Shown: piece by piece, positions 26,319 to 40,164 of the stretch
Numbering within the stretch: position 1 is the stretch's first letter
Layout: each line of letters begins with the position of its first letter
Assembly: GCA_002269645.1 (NCBI GenBank)
Contig: NIVC01001565.1
Coordinates: 67,384-131,383, forward strand
DNA: 64,000 bases
Source: Macrostomum lignano
Taxonomy: Eukaryota
Direction: 5' to 3'
Made by a program: the position numbers and the translations under genes
Notes under the pieces: generated by a model
Database searches by the model: none
Told to the model about the DNA's origin: nothing
What the model saw: the letters and a program-made list of their open reading frames with translations, nothing else

Positions 26319-26716
26319 CAGGGTTTTTTTATGCGCAGTGTGCGTATGCACCCTAAATTTTAAAATCGCACCCTGAAATTAAAAAAGTAGGTGCGGACCG
26401 TGCGGTTTAGGTGCAGTCTTATAACCATTTTTCTTTAAAGGCTTAACCATGCTTAAGCTATTTTTCATGCACTGCCTTAAAATATAAAACAAAATAACTC
26501 TTTAGTTTAAATCCTATTAAGTCATATAGGCGATTTGGCTATGGCTATAGCCTTATGTAAGATATTAAAATATACATTTCCAGTTGTCTGAAACAAAATT
26601 CCCAAAAATTCCCAGTTGTCCCAGTTGTCAGAAATTGCACTCTGAGCCTTAAAATCGCACCTTGAAATTTGGCACAAGGTGCGATTTCGCACCTTGTCTC
26701 TGGCGAAAAAACCCAG
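26319..26716. mobile_element. hAT-type MITE, relatively young
   Basis: 8-bp TSD GTTATCAG (26311-26318 and 26717-26724). Imperfect TIRs CAGGGTTTTTT / AAAAAACCCAG. Subterminal AAAATCGCACC(C/T)TGAAATT repeats with CpGs intact. Confidence 0.8.
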
Positions 26717-27216
26717 GTTATCAGTATGCATATCAGATCAGCTAGATATTGATATTCAAGATCCTTAAACGCAGAATACTTTTTAAATAATTGCGTAAAT
26801 AGGTTTTTGTAGCTTAAAATTCTCATTGAAACAGATTTAAACGTTTAAAAAACGTTTTTGTTGTTAAAGATGTTTCATCTTTTTACTAAAACTGTTGAAA
26901 AATCTAGCACATAAGCTAAAAATGTTTAAACCAGTACAAGCAACGGCGCAAATTTTCGATTTGTACTACATTTCACTTCGGCTTTGAAATAATTTTATGA
27001 AGCGAGTAGCGAGAAACGAAAAAAATAACGGTACAGTTTATCTTGAGATTAAGTATTCAGTTAGAATATTTCGTCTAATAGCAACTTTACGTCTGTTTTA
27101 AGTCATACTGTTGTTTCAATATACGTAACTTTTTTAATAAGTTAACTAAGTTTAACGTATTTTTCGGTACAACCAGATTGTATTTCTTTAATTAAAAGGT
27201 TTTAAGTTGTATTTCG

Positions 27217-27270
27217 ATGTCCTACAATAACCTGTCGCAATATGAAATTGTACAGGGACTGGATCAGCAG
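27217..27270 (+). CDS. DDX3: DDX3/PL10/Belle RNA helicase, exon 1 (MSYNNLSQYEIVQGLDQQ)
   Basis: 18 codons ending GLDQQ|GTGAGT, matching DDX3X MSHVAVENALGLDQQ|FAGLDL. Phase 0 joins exon 2 (FSSLSTNN). Confidence 0.85.
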
Positions 27271-27517
27271 GTGAGTTTAAAATCTAAGAAGTTTCTAAGA
27301 CGTTTTTATAATTTCTTTTTTATATATTCGGGCCTATTTAAGTAATTGACTCACAATCTGTTTAACTTTAGGTTATTGCTGGCGTAGTAGTAGTTTGTAA
27401 TACTAAATAGACTAGCACTAGCAGCTTAGACTGAAACAATGACTATAATTTAAGGTAAAATAAAGTATCTGATCATTATAAATACCCATGAATTTTCAAA
27501 AGTTCATCATGTAAATA

Positions 27518-27700
27518 CAGTGTTGGGCAAGTTACTTTGATTTATTAAAGAAGTAACTTCTGGTTGGTTAAGTAACTTCCAGTTCCAAGAAAAGTAACTT
27601 CTGGCACTTGTTCTGGTACCAATACTTTTGAAAAAAGTAACTTCTGGTACTTTTGTTACCAGTCCTTTCTAATTTTAAAGAACCACCAGCTGAAAAGTGC
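27518..27700. mobile_element. Left end of a CAGTGTTGGGCA-family hAT-like MITE
   Basis: CAGTGTTGGGCAAGTTACTT followed by several AAGTAACTTC(TGG) subterminal repeats. Same terminal motif as the element ending at 25830. Right end not resolved. Confidence 0.5.
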
Positions 27701-28440
27701 TTAAACATGTCTTTGTGAAAAAAACAAAATAATAAAGTTGAACATGCTTTTATTCCTCAAATAAAGATGCTACATCTACATTGTATTATTATTATTATTA
27801 ATATTATCACATCTAAAATTTAAGTGAATAAGCAAAATCTTTTATAAAATAAGGATTAGCAATATATTAGGTCAAGACACTGCACTTGCAATTTGCAGAA
27901 AAATTTTGAAGGCTAATTTTCAGATATTGATTCTTTTCATAACTTCATAAGCCATTTTGCGGATGGTGGGGTGTATGCTAGAAAATTCCGACATACACTT
28001 GATTTCCGTGGCATACACCAGCATATATTTCTTGGCTGTGTACAGTATGGCATATAGTATAATGTATGACGACTGGCGTAGAAATTAATATAAATAATTT
28101 TTTTGTGCTTTTTCTATGTTATGTTATTTCAAAAACCTTTTTTTCTGCTACTATTTTCTCATTTACCAATCATTTTAATTACTAGAATTGTCACAACAAT
28201 TGTCATGTTGTTATCAATTTTTTGTAGTTTAAATTTAAATTTAAATATTTGTTGATTTTTTTACCATTTTTTTAAGTTGGCATACATTTGAAATCTGTTG
28301 GCGTACAATTGAAAATTCAATAAAATGTGTCTGGCATACATAGAAAACCTTCCGCAATATGGTTCATAAGTATATATAAAGATAATTTTTGTCTAATTGG
28401 TGTGTCACAATATGTAGAATACTTCAAGAGACTTTTATTT

Positions 28441-29004
28441 AAGGACAACTTGAGTAAAATGATAGGAAACATTGTTTCTTAAAAAATTTTTAAAGGCAAG
28501 TTTTTCTAAAAAATATACTTTTCATTCTTCATTTTTTTAGCACAAAAATTGTTGTTGCTTTTGATAGGAGACAGATCTAGTGTTCATCTTTTGATATATT
28601 GTTCTTTTCTTATTTTGCTATTGATATTCATAAAGCTTTGCATTTAAAAAGTTAGGATTCTATGTTAATTTTTTATTCTATGTATTCTATCTAGCATTCT
28701 AGATACCTAGTAGAAATGATAAAATAGATTCAGAAAATAAAGATTAGAGCTGCGTAATGAATTAAAAAAAATTAACATAGAATCCTAATTTTCTGAATAA
28801 AAAGCTTTATGAATATAAATAGAGCAATAAAAAAGCACAATATATCAATAGATAAATACTAGATATGCCTCCTATCAAAAGCAATAATAATTTTATTGCT
28901 AAAAAATGAAAATTGCCTATCTCTGTAGTGTAATTTTTAAGAAACCTGCCTTTAAAAATTTTTCAAGAAACAAGGTTTTCCATCCTTCTACTTAAGTCAT
29001 CCTT
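28441..29004. mobile_element. Foldback/MITE with ~240 bp diverged inverted arms
   Basis: 28441-~28677 aligns by eye to the reverse complement of ~28758-29004. Confidence 0.8.
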
Positions 29005-29114
29005 GCTTTTATTTGGTGTGGGTCATTCTCTGTTGCCCTATTATGAATAATTCCTATAGTATTGTGCTGTAGTTTTATAGCAGCTATACTTTTCAGTAGT
29101 ATTTTTTATTAGAG

Positions 29115-29459
29115 GCAGGAGGGTTGTGTGCACCCTGGCGTACTTTAAGCGACATAGGCACACAACTGGTGAGAGGCATTACTGCCCATTCCGATGACTC
29201 CCCTGAGTAGGCATAAAAGAGTGTAGATACGTATGCAGGCACACACACACAGGAGTGTACAGCAGCCCTAACTTTATAATATCATTAGGCATATACACTT
29301 CATTGCACCTTGGGGGGTTGGCTCTCAAGGCCATTAATTGCATAAGCAGAGCCAAGCCGAGATTCCAATTCAGCCCCAAATTAATGTGACTGCACTTGGA
29401 ATCAAGCCTGGGTCACTGGCACACTATAGCAGCTGCGCTACCACTGGGCTATGGCCCCC
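29115..29459 (-). mobile_element. Decayed tRNA-derived SINE
   Basis: Minus-strand head GGGGGCCATAGCCCAGTGGTAGCGC...GACCCAGGCTTGATTCC (A box intact, B box degenerate). 3' boundary approximate. Confidence 0.5.
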
Positions 29460-30821
29460 TCTTTTCAGTAATATAGTATAAATATACTTTTGTATACTGC
29501 TAACTCATTTAGAATCAATGATAATCTTCTGGCAGCCTTGGAAATACCAATTGACAATTAAGAAAAACAAATGGCTGGAAATTGATAGATGGGCCAATGG
29601 ACAAGACTTTAAGTAATTTGATTACTGCTTCTACATTGCAATTATAAAATTATAATTAGCCTCAAGAGTTAAAAGTCAAAACACTCTTAGAATGCATCAC
29701 TCATGTCATCCTGCACAAACATCAAAATAAAGAAATTAGCCTTCAAAATATTTTTCACAAATCACAAATATAGCATCCTATAGCAGATATTTCCAAACAT
29801 GTTTCCAAGTATAAAAAAATCAATAAACTTAAACCAAGTAAAACAAAAGAAATAAAACTTTTGAAATAAGAAAATATATTAAAATAACAAAAATGCTATA
29901 TTTTATGTCATATTGTTCATTTTGTAGTAATATATTCAAAAGAAAGGTATATCAAGTAAAGTTACTAAACCTTAGGACCTTTAAGGCTAGTGTTCTGCTG
30001 CCATTACACTTACAGTAAAATTATAGGGGTGGCACTTTTATAGCCATATTTTCATTATGGATTATGGCTAAGGCAATTTTTTAGCTTATAGATATAGCTA
30101 TGGTTACAGATTGCAGCAAATTTCTAAACTTTGTCATAATGGTTATCTATTATGGAAATTGTTGGCATTAAGTAAAAAATAAAAAACATGTAAAACCAGT
30201 ACACAAAATAAACTTATTTAGTATTTACTAATCTTTTAAATTAATATTTGTTAAATAGGTATAAGGAACTAGCACTTTCTATGAAACTTCAAAAATGTTT
30301 TATTTGCTTGTCTAGTTGTCTTGCTTGTTTTTGATAAACTTGCACTTTAATTATGATGCTAATCCAATCTGTTCTGTCTTGTTTTTTTGCATGTACTACA
30401 GTTTTTTTTATACAAAAGTAGCTACAGTTATGATTATGGCAGTTGAAACTTGTGGTGGCAAAACACTATTTAAGCCATTGAACCTAAAGTCACAAAAACA
30501 TTTTTGGTAATCATTGTTTAAGTACAATCATTAGTTTAGTTTTTTTCAAAATGCAAATACATAGACTTATGGTAAAGCTCTCAAATCTCAAATTGCACAA
30601 ATGTAATGCCAGTTAGTATTAGTAATTAGAATTAGCTAGAATAAGTTATATAAGAGTTAAATTTAATTCAAACTTATTTACTCTCCATTAAGTCTTAATT
30701 CTTATTATTTCATTTGAATTTCACTTAAAATAGTTGACTAATTGCTTATTTAGATCATTAATTAGATGACAAGGCATTTTTGTTCTCATAAGTATCAAAC
30801 TTTAAATTTGAATCTACTATT

Positions 30822-31420
30822 CTACATAGTCCCCTCCAGGGTCAGGCACTTCTCCATGCCGTGTTGCCATCTCTCTAGGCCATTTGCTTAGAACTAAGGA
30901 GGCTTTGTAGCAAGCCACTATATAGTAGCCTTTTTGGCAGCCTCTTTGTCCTCCTGTTGGACTCCTTTAATTGCTTTCTTCAGCTTGGGAAACAAAAAAG
31001 TCTTAAGGAGCCAAATCAAGGCTATATGGAGGATGCTAGAGGATTTCCCAGCAGACATCTTGCAGGCCTTTATATTAGAGCCAAGAAATGTGGGCTGGTG
31101 CATTGTCACTGTGAAAGCAAATCCCACAGTGTAGCTTGCCAGGTCATTTTTTGGCTAATTTGGAGCAGAACTTTTGTAGAAGCAACTTATTAGGTAGCAT
31201 TTATGGTCTTCTAGCTTTCCAAAAAAGTCTACTATCACCAGTCACCACTCCCTCAATATCCCAGATGGTTGCCAAGTTTCAAAGTGCAATGATTTTGGCT
31301 AGCTTCCAACCAACTTTTACAAGAAACTTCACCTCAGTGCTAGCTTCAATTTTTTAATTTTCTGTTGCTAAAAGGGTATACTGTGATTAGAGCATCATCA
31401 TGCAAACATCAATCACTTAA
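30822..31420 (-). pseudogene. Decayed mariner (Tc1/mariner) transposase in DDX3 intron 1
   Basis: Manual translation gives VVTGD, FHSDNAPAH, EIL*HPPYSLDLAP*DF, FPKLK and terminal [G>R]DYVE*, matching mariner TGDE, HDNARPH, HPPYSPDLAPSD and GxYFE motifs. Confidence 0.8.
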
Positions 31421-31539
31421 GAAGAACCAAACTATCAAATAAAGAACAAAAAATATATTTTTAAATGAAACCAGTTGCAGTCAATACCTCATATGCTAAT
31501 GAGCCCAATTATAACTCTCAGATTAATTTGGCAAATTGG

Positions 31540-32550
31540 TATATAAAATATTCAAAAAACAAAGTTTTTTAATGTTTTCAATGGGTGCTCTACTGAATTT
31601 TGGACTGTAAATCTAAATGCCTACCATGGTGGCTTAGTGTGCTTCTAAAAAATTCAAATGATTCTTTCAATTGGCACTTTACTTGAACTTTGAATTTTGG
31701 ACTCTGAGTCTGAATGCCTACCATGCAGGGGCTTAGTGTGCTTTTAAAAAATTCAAACAAAAAAAATTGATTTAGAAATAAGTCAAATATTTGAAAAACA
31801 GTTTTTTAATGATTTCAATGCTTAAATTTTGAATTTGAATGCCTCCTAATGATGGCTTAATGTGTTAATATTGTACTATATGCAAAAAAAATTTGTAGTA
31901 GAAAAGAAAAGGATTATAGCACTAGATGAAGAAAGGATTATTACATTTAATGTAATATGTGTTATTGCACTTATTAAAAAAGGATTATTGCATTAGCTTA
32001 GAGAGGGATTAGCTAACTAGATGAGAAAAGGATTGTTATCCTAGATAAAAAAGGGACTATTGCACCAGCTGAGATAAATTATTGCATTGGCTAAAAATGG
32101 ATTATTAAACTAGCTTAAAAAGTCAAAAAGAATTCTTGTACCAGATGGAAAAGGATTATTGCACTAGACAAGACATAGATTATTGTACTAGATAAAAAAT
32201 GGTTTCTTGCACTAGATAAAAAATGGTTTCTTGCACTAGCTAAAAAAGGAATTATTGCACTAGCTGAAGAAGTTGGTGCACTAGGTTGCTATTTGTGGGG
32301 TGCTTATTATTTGGAGGGTGCTTGTTATTGGGGGATGCTTGTTAAATGGGGGTTGTTTGTTATTGGGAGATACTTGCTCTTAGGAGATGCTTGCTCTGGG
32401 GAATTGCTGAGGTATCAAGGCTTAATAGGGGAATTTCTAAGATGTCAAGGCTTAATGGGGGAATTACTAAGATGTCAAGGCTTACTAGAAAAATTGTTAA
32501 GATGTCAAGGCTTACTGGGGAATTTCTCAAGTGTCAGGGGCAAATTAAAC
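31540..32550. repeat. Old degenerate tandem arrays (~100-120 bp, ~30 bp AAAAGGATTATTGCACTAG-type, and 30 bp GGGGAATT...GTCAAGGCTT)
   Basis: Repeating motifs are visible but heavily diverged. Confidence 0.65.
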
Positions 32551-33013
32551 TAGTTGAAGCACTATTGTATATTCTAAACAAATTTAATTTTACCATTTTT
32601 ACTTGTGATTGATACTTTTAAGCATATTTAATACAAATTCAATGCTAGATTTTTTCATTGAATTCCATATTGAATAGGCTTAAGAACTCAAGTTGAGTGA
32701 GGCTAAGTTTATTAGATTCTGGCATTAAACTGAGATGCAGTTAAAGCTAGCAAAGTCATTTTTATTAAGGCTTAATTGCATGTTTAATATGGCTACATGA
32801 CATTTAAGCAAAGTAATGTTTTAGTGAATCCTAGAAGTAATGGTTTGGCAAGTATTGTAAAATTTTGGTGAATCCAAAAAGTAATACTGATATTGATATA
32901 GAAGAAATATTGCAATTATTTTTTAACTCTAAAAATTCAAGCCAGATAGCAATGCCCTTTTCTGCCAATAGTAAGCCATTGTTAGACATTAAAAAGGCTG
33001 CTAGGCATTATAG

Positions 33014-34986
<1,973 letters not shown>

Positions 34987-35022
34987 TAGGCTCTGCTCAC
35001 AGATGCTAATATAACTTATTAG

Positions 35023-35428
35023 GGCCACTCAGGCATATATACTCAGTAAAACAGCTTTCTACTTTCAGTTCAGTATACATAAGCTTATTTTATAAAAATG
35101 AAGGCAGCTGAAATGACTTTGATAAGCTTAGAAGCCCAAGCTTGCAGGCGTAAACAGCTTGCTAATTGGTTCAGCAATAATGTACATTAGCCAGTCCACT
35201 GAAATGTACATGGCAGCTTTAGGCTGGAATTCCGAGAAAGGCAATAAAAATTTGGGGCGGGACGGTGGGGCAGTGTAAAAAGGCGCGGTTGGAGGGTTTA
35301 AGCTGGGGGGTAATAAATGTATGGGGTAATAAAAGAGCCAATAAATGAGCCTTGGCTTTAAAAGTACAGTAAAATGCTTCTGTTTAACTTACTACTTAAC
35401 TGAAAGTAGTTTATACGCAAATGTGCTG
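35023..35428. mobile_element. Non-autonomous element copy 1 (DDX3 intron 3), right end degenerate
   Basis: Aligns by eye along its length to 37379-37790. Confidence 0.75.
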
Positions 35429-35672
35429 TGTGACTCTGTGGCTTGGTTGGTTCTGCCATTGATTTAAGTTGGCTCCATTACCCGTCTTTGTGTTATCCTA
35501 CTATTTAACTGGATAGGCGAACAGATCGGGTTACTCTGTATTTTGTAGACATTTCTTTATGCAATAAGCACTACTGAGGCTTAAGTAGTCTGTTTAGTTT
35601 ATCGAAATGAAACCCCCTTATCGTAGGAATAGGCTTGATTCAGTTCGTATTTTCACCGCGCTACTATTATAA

Positions 35673-36164
<492 letters not shown>

Positions 36165-37366
36165 GGCGTTGGAGCTGCAGTGTTGGCTTTATTTGACCTA
36201 CTTTAGCAGGTATTAATTGCAGACTTGACTACCTGGTTTGTGTGGGAATTGTTTTCTTCTGCGCCTTCACCCGTTCTCATCCCCGTTCTCATTTCACTGC
36301 CTAATAATTAACAGTAGAACTCTAAATATACTGCTGGAAAGGACTTCTTCATTGAGATGCATTAAGTTGAGTTTCTTTTTCTAGGTTTGAGTCCCGCTAC
36401 TGTTAATTAGTAGGCCAGCTGGCGTGAGTAACTTGTTTTTTTTTACGATGCCATCTCTGCACGACCTGAGCTGCTCTGAAATATCTGTCTAAAATAAGTA
36501 AGTTTTTTGTTTCAACTAAGTAACTGATGAGTTCTTAAAGGGGCAATCATTTGTTTTACTAAACCAGCCGTGTTAACGCAGCCCTACACACTAATTATCC
36601 GCTAACTATTTATATATACATAATTGTTTTGGTGTATGCGTCCCCCACTCCCACAGTTTTTTATCCTGGTCCCATATATATATAATAAATATTTAACGTT
36701 GTTGATTTAATAATTAATGGAACTAATTAATTAGTTATTATCATATCCGCGTTCAGTCCCAAACGCATTGGCTGTTAGCCTCAATTGATGTAATTTGTTC
36801 AACTGTCGCCCAGCAAAAAATAGTCCTTGCGCAGGTGTCTCTTCTCTCTTGCATCGACTCAATAAAATAAGTTTGTGTGTAAAATCAGCTTTGTTATAAT
36901 TAATATTTCTCTAATTTCAACAGGCGGAAACTAGGAAAGCTCCGAGGCAGTCTTTCATAGATTCCGCTGCTCTTGTTTTCACTCATTTATATGTCATAAT
37001 AATTTACTTATTAGTAGCCGATAACAGCATTGCTTAGTACCTAGTTTTTTGTTGCTCCTTTAAGCTCGTTATTATGTTAATATTACTATTATTAATATTA
37101 ATAATAATAATAGCTGCTGTTGTTACTCGTGCCGAAGCGAATTCTTAATTCCTTGGAACAGCCGTCAGGCCTCTGCCGTATCATTTGCTACCCTTCTCTT
37201 GCTACCGTTAGGCAATCCTTATATAGTTCAGTGTCTAAAAACTATAAAACTATGATTTATTAATGCTTACTACGCTGCGTCATCGGATCCTGTCTTTGTA
37301 CACCCCATTCAGCAGTTTGGACTGTTTCTCAAACTGTGCACTCTTATCTTTATACACAGGTACTAA

Positions 37367-37809
37367 AATAACTAGATAGGCCACTCAGGCATATATACTT
37401 AGTAAAACAGCTTTCTACTTTCAGTTCAGTAGCAAAGAAGAATACATAAGCTATTTTATAAAAGTAAAGACAGCTGAAATGACTTTGATAAGATTAGAAG
37501 CCAAGCTTGCAGGCGTAAACAGCTTGCTAATTGGTTCAGCAATAATGTACATTAGCCAGTCCACTGAAATGTACATGGCAAATTTAGGCTGGAATTCCGA
37601 GAAAGGCAATAAAAATTGGGGCGGGCCGGGGGGGCAGTGTGGAAAGGCGCGGTTGGAGGGATTAAGCTGGGGTGATAAATGAATGGGGTAATTAAACAGC
37701 CAATAAATAAGCCTTGGCTTTAAAAATACATTAAAATGCTTCTGTTTAACTTACTACTGAACTGAAAGTAGCTTACACGCAAATGTGCTGAGTGGCCTAT
37801 CTAGTTATT
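37367..37809. mobile_element. Non-autonomous element copy 2 with 22-bp perfect terminal inverted repeats
   Basis: AATAACTAGATAGGCCACTCAG (37367-37388) and its reverse complement (37788-37809). Confidence 0.8.
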
Positions 37810-38494
37810 CCTGTATCTGTGGCTCTATATTATATTTGCATGTATTTATTGAATATGAAAACGGCCCACACCGCCCCTCCCACCATGATTAGTTGGCCCC
37901 GTCCGTTTTGCGTTTTGTTTTGCTTCATCAACCCTGCCTCCCAGATCGCTCTGCGTAGGCCAGCCAAGCGAGTTGTGCGTCCGCGCAGAGCTCAGCAACC
38001 TTGTCGACGCAGCTCGCGTCTCCCTTCTCTCTTTGTTTGTTTCTTGTGTGTTTTCGTGTTTCTTGTTTGTCTCTCACTTGTCCTGCTTGACGATTGAAAT
38101 ATTTATTTATAGCTATTTATTTTTGCTGCCGCCGCCGAGTCTGAAAGGCCAACTCCGGCTCCTGAAGTGAATTTGCTTTTTTTCCTCCGGAGAGCTTCTG
38201 GACGCGGCAATTCCTGCTCCGGCCCAGACTCCCCAATGATGCGGCAGCAAGTTTGAGAAAATTAATTAGAAAGGCAAGTGGTTTAAAGAAACACAAACAG
38301 CGTTATAATAAATTCGATATGAGAGACACAGAGTGCTGACAGCCAGTGCCGTTAAAAATGAAAAAAATCACAAAATATGCTTTTGCACTGAGCCCAACTG
38401 CTTTTGCCTTTTCATTTCTTTCTTCCAAAACAAATTTCCGACTTTGAACTGGAAACTCGGTTTTTGCCAATTGTGTTTCGACTTGGGGCTGTAC

Positions 38495-39530
38495 TTCAAC
38501 TAGTCCCCCGCTTCAGCCTACAACTAGTCCCCGCTTCAGCCTACAACTAGTCCCCGCTTCAGCCTAAAGCTAGTCCCCCGCTTCAGCCTACAACTAGTCC
38601 CCGCTTCAGCCTACAACTAGTCCCCGCTTCAGCCTACAACTAGACCCCCGCTTCAGCCCACAACTAGTTCCCGCTTCAGCCTAAAGCTAGTCCCCCGCTT
38701 CAGCCTACAACTAGTCCCCGCTTCAGCCTACAACTAGTCCCCCGCTTCAGCCCACAACTAGTTCCCGCTTCAGCCTACAACTAGTCCCCGCTTCAGCCTA
38801 CAACTAGTCCCCCGGCTTCAGCCTACAACTAGTCCGCCGCTTCAGCCTACAACTAGTCCCTAGTCCCCGCTTCAGCCTACAACTAGTCCCCCGCTTCAGC
38901 CTACAACTAGTCCCCCGCTTCAGCCCACAACTAGTCCCCCGCTTCAGCCTAGTCCCCGCTTCAGCCTTCAACTAGTCCCCGCTTCAGCCTACAACTAGTC
39001 CCCCGCTTCAGCCCACAACTAGTTCCCGCTTCAGCCTACAACTAGTCCCCGCTTCAGCCTACAACTAGTCCCCCGGCTTCAGCCTACAACTAGTCCGCCG
39101 CTTCAGCCTACAACTAGTCCCCCGCTTCAGCCTACAACTAGTCCCCCGCTTCAGCCTACAACTAGTCCCCCGCTTCAGCCTACAACTAGTCCCCCGCTTC
39201 AGCCTAGTCCCCGCTTCAGCCTTCAACTAGTCCCCCGCTTCAGCCTACAACTAGTCCCCGCTTCAGACTACAACTAGTCCCCCGCTTCAGCCTACAACTA
39301 GTCCCCGCTTCAGCCTAAAACTAGTCCCCCGCTTCAGCCTAAAACTAGTCCCCGCTTCAGCCTAAAGCTAGTCCCCCGCTTCAGCCTACAACTAGTCCCC
39401 GCTTCAGCCTAAAGCTAGTCCCCCGCTTCAGCCTACAACTAGTCCCCGCTTCAGCCTACAACTAGTCCCCGCTTCAGCCTACAACTAGTCCCCGCTTCAG
39501 CCTACAACTAGTCCCCGCTTCAGGCTAGAC
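38495..39530. repeat. Minisatellite, 23-24 bp unit CTAGTCCCCGCTTCAGCCTACAA
   Basis: Tandem units directly visible. Confidence 0.95.
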
Positions 39531-40164
39531 TACATAGGACCTGCTTCAGCCTACAGCTAGGTGGGTTAAGACATGCTTTTTGTGTAAAAGGCACAAAATG
39601 TTATAATTATTCTACTTAAGGCATTATAAAACGAACACAGTTTAAGGTGGTTCAGTCTAACCAAATGTTATCAGAGCACAGTTTTTTGGTTTCAAGAAGA
39701 GGCCAGGTGCATTTTAACTGAAGGAATAAACTACCAGTATTATTTCATGCTTCACAGCTCTCTGCTTTCAGTTAATTTGAGCTCACCTGTTGTAATTCGA
39801 TACTGCAAGTCTACTGTACAGGATTAACCAGGGCCTGTTGTACTTTTAGAATGTTGGTTGCGAATGGTTGGATTGTCTGCATAGTTGGTTCTATTACAAC
39901 TGGTGACTACGAATATATGAGTGACACCTTTTTAATACTGATTGTATACGAATTACTCGTCTTTTAAGGAATGCGCCATTTAAGGAATGTGTCTGTTAGG
40001 GAATGTGTAAATTAATGTATGTGTCAGAATGTGTGTGTGGGAATGTGTCATTTAAGGAATGTGTCAGTTAAGGAATGTGTCATTTAGGGAATGTGTCAAT
40101 TAAGGAATGTGTAAATTAGGGAATGTGTAAATTAAGGAATGTTTCATTTATTGAATGTATAAAT

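Noticed and set aside
36520-36560. CTGATGAG hammerhead ribozyme core candidates (also 50420 minus, 53235)
   Set aside because: No stem II closed by GAAA in the required position.
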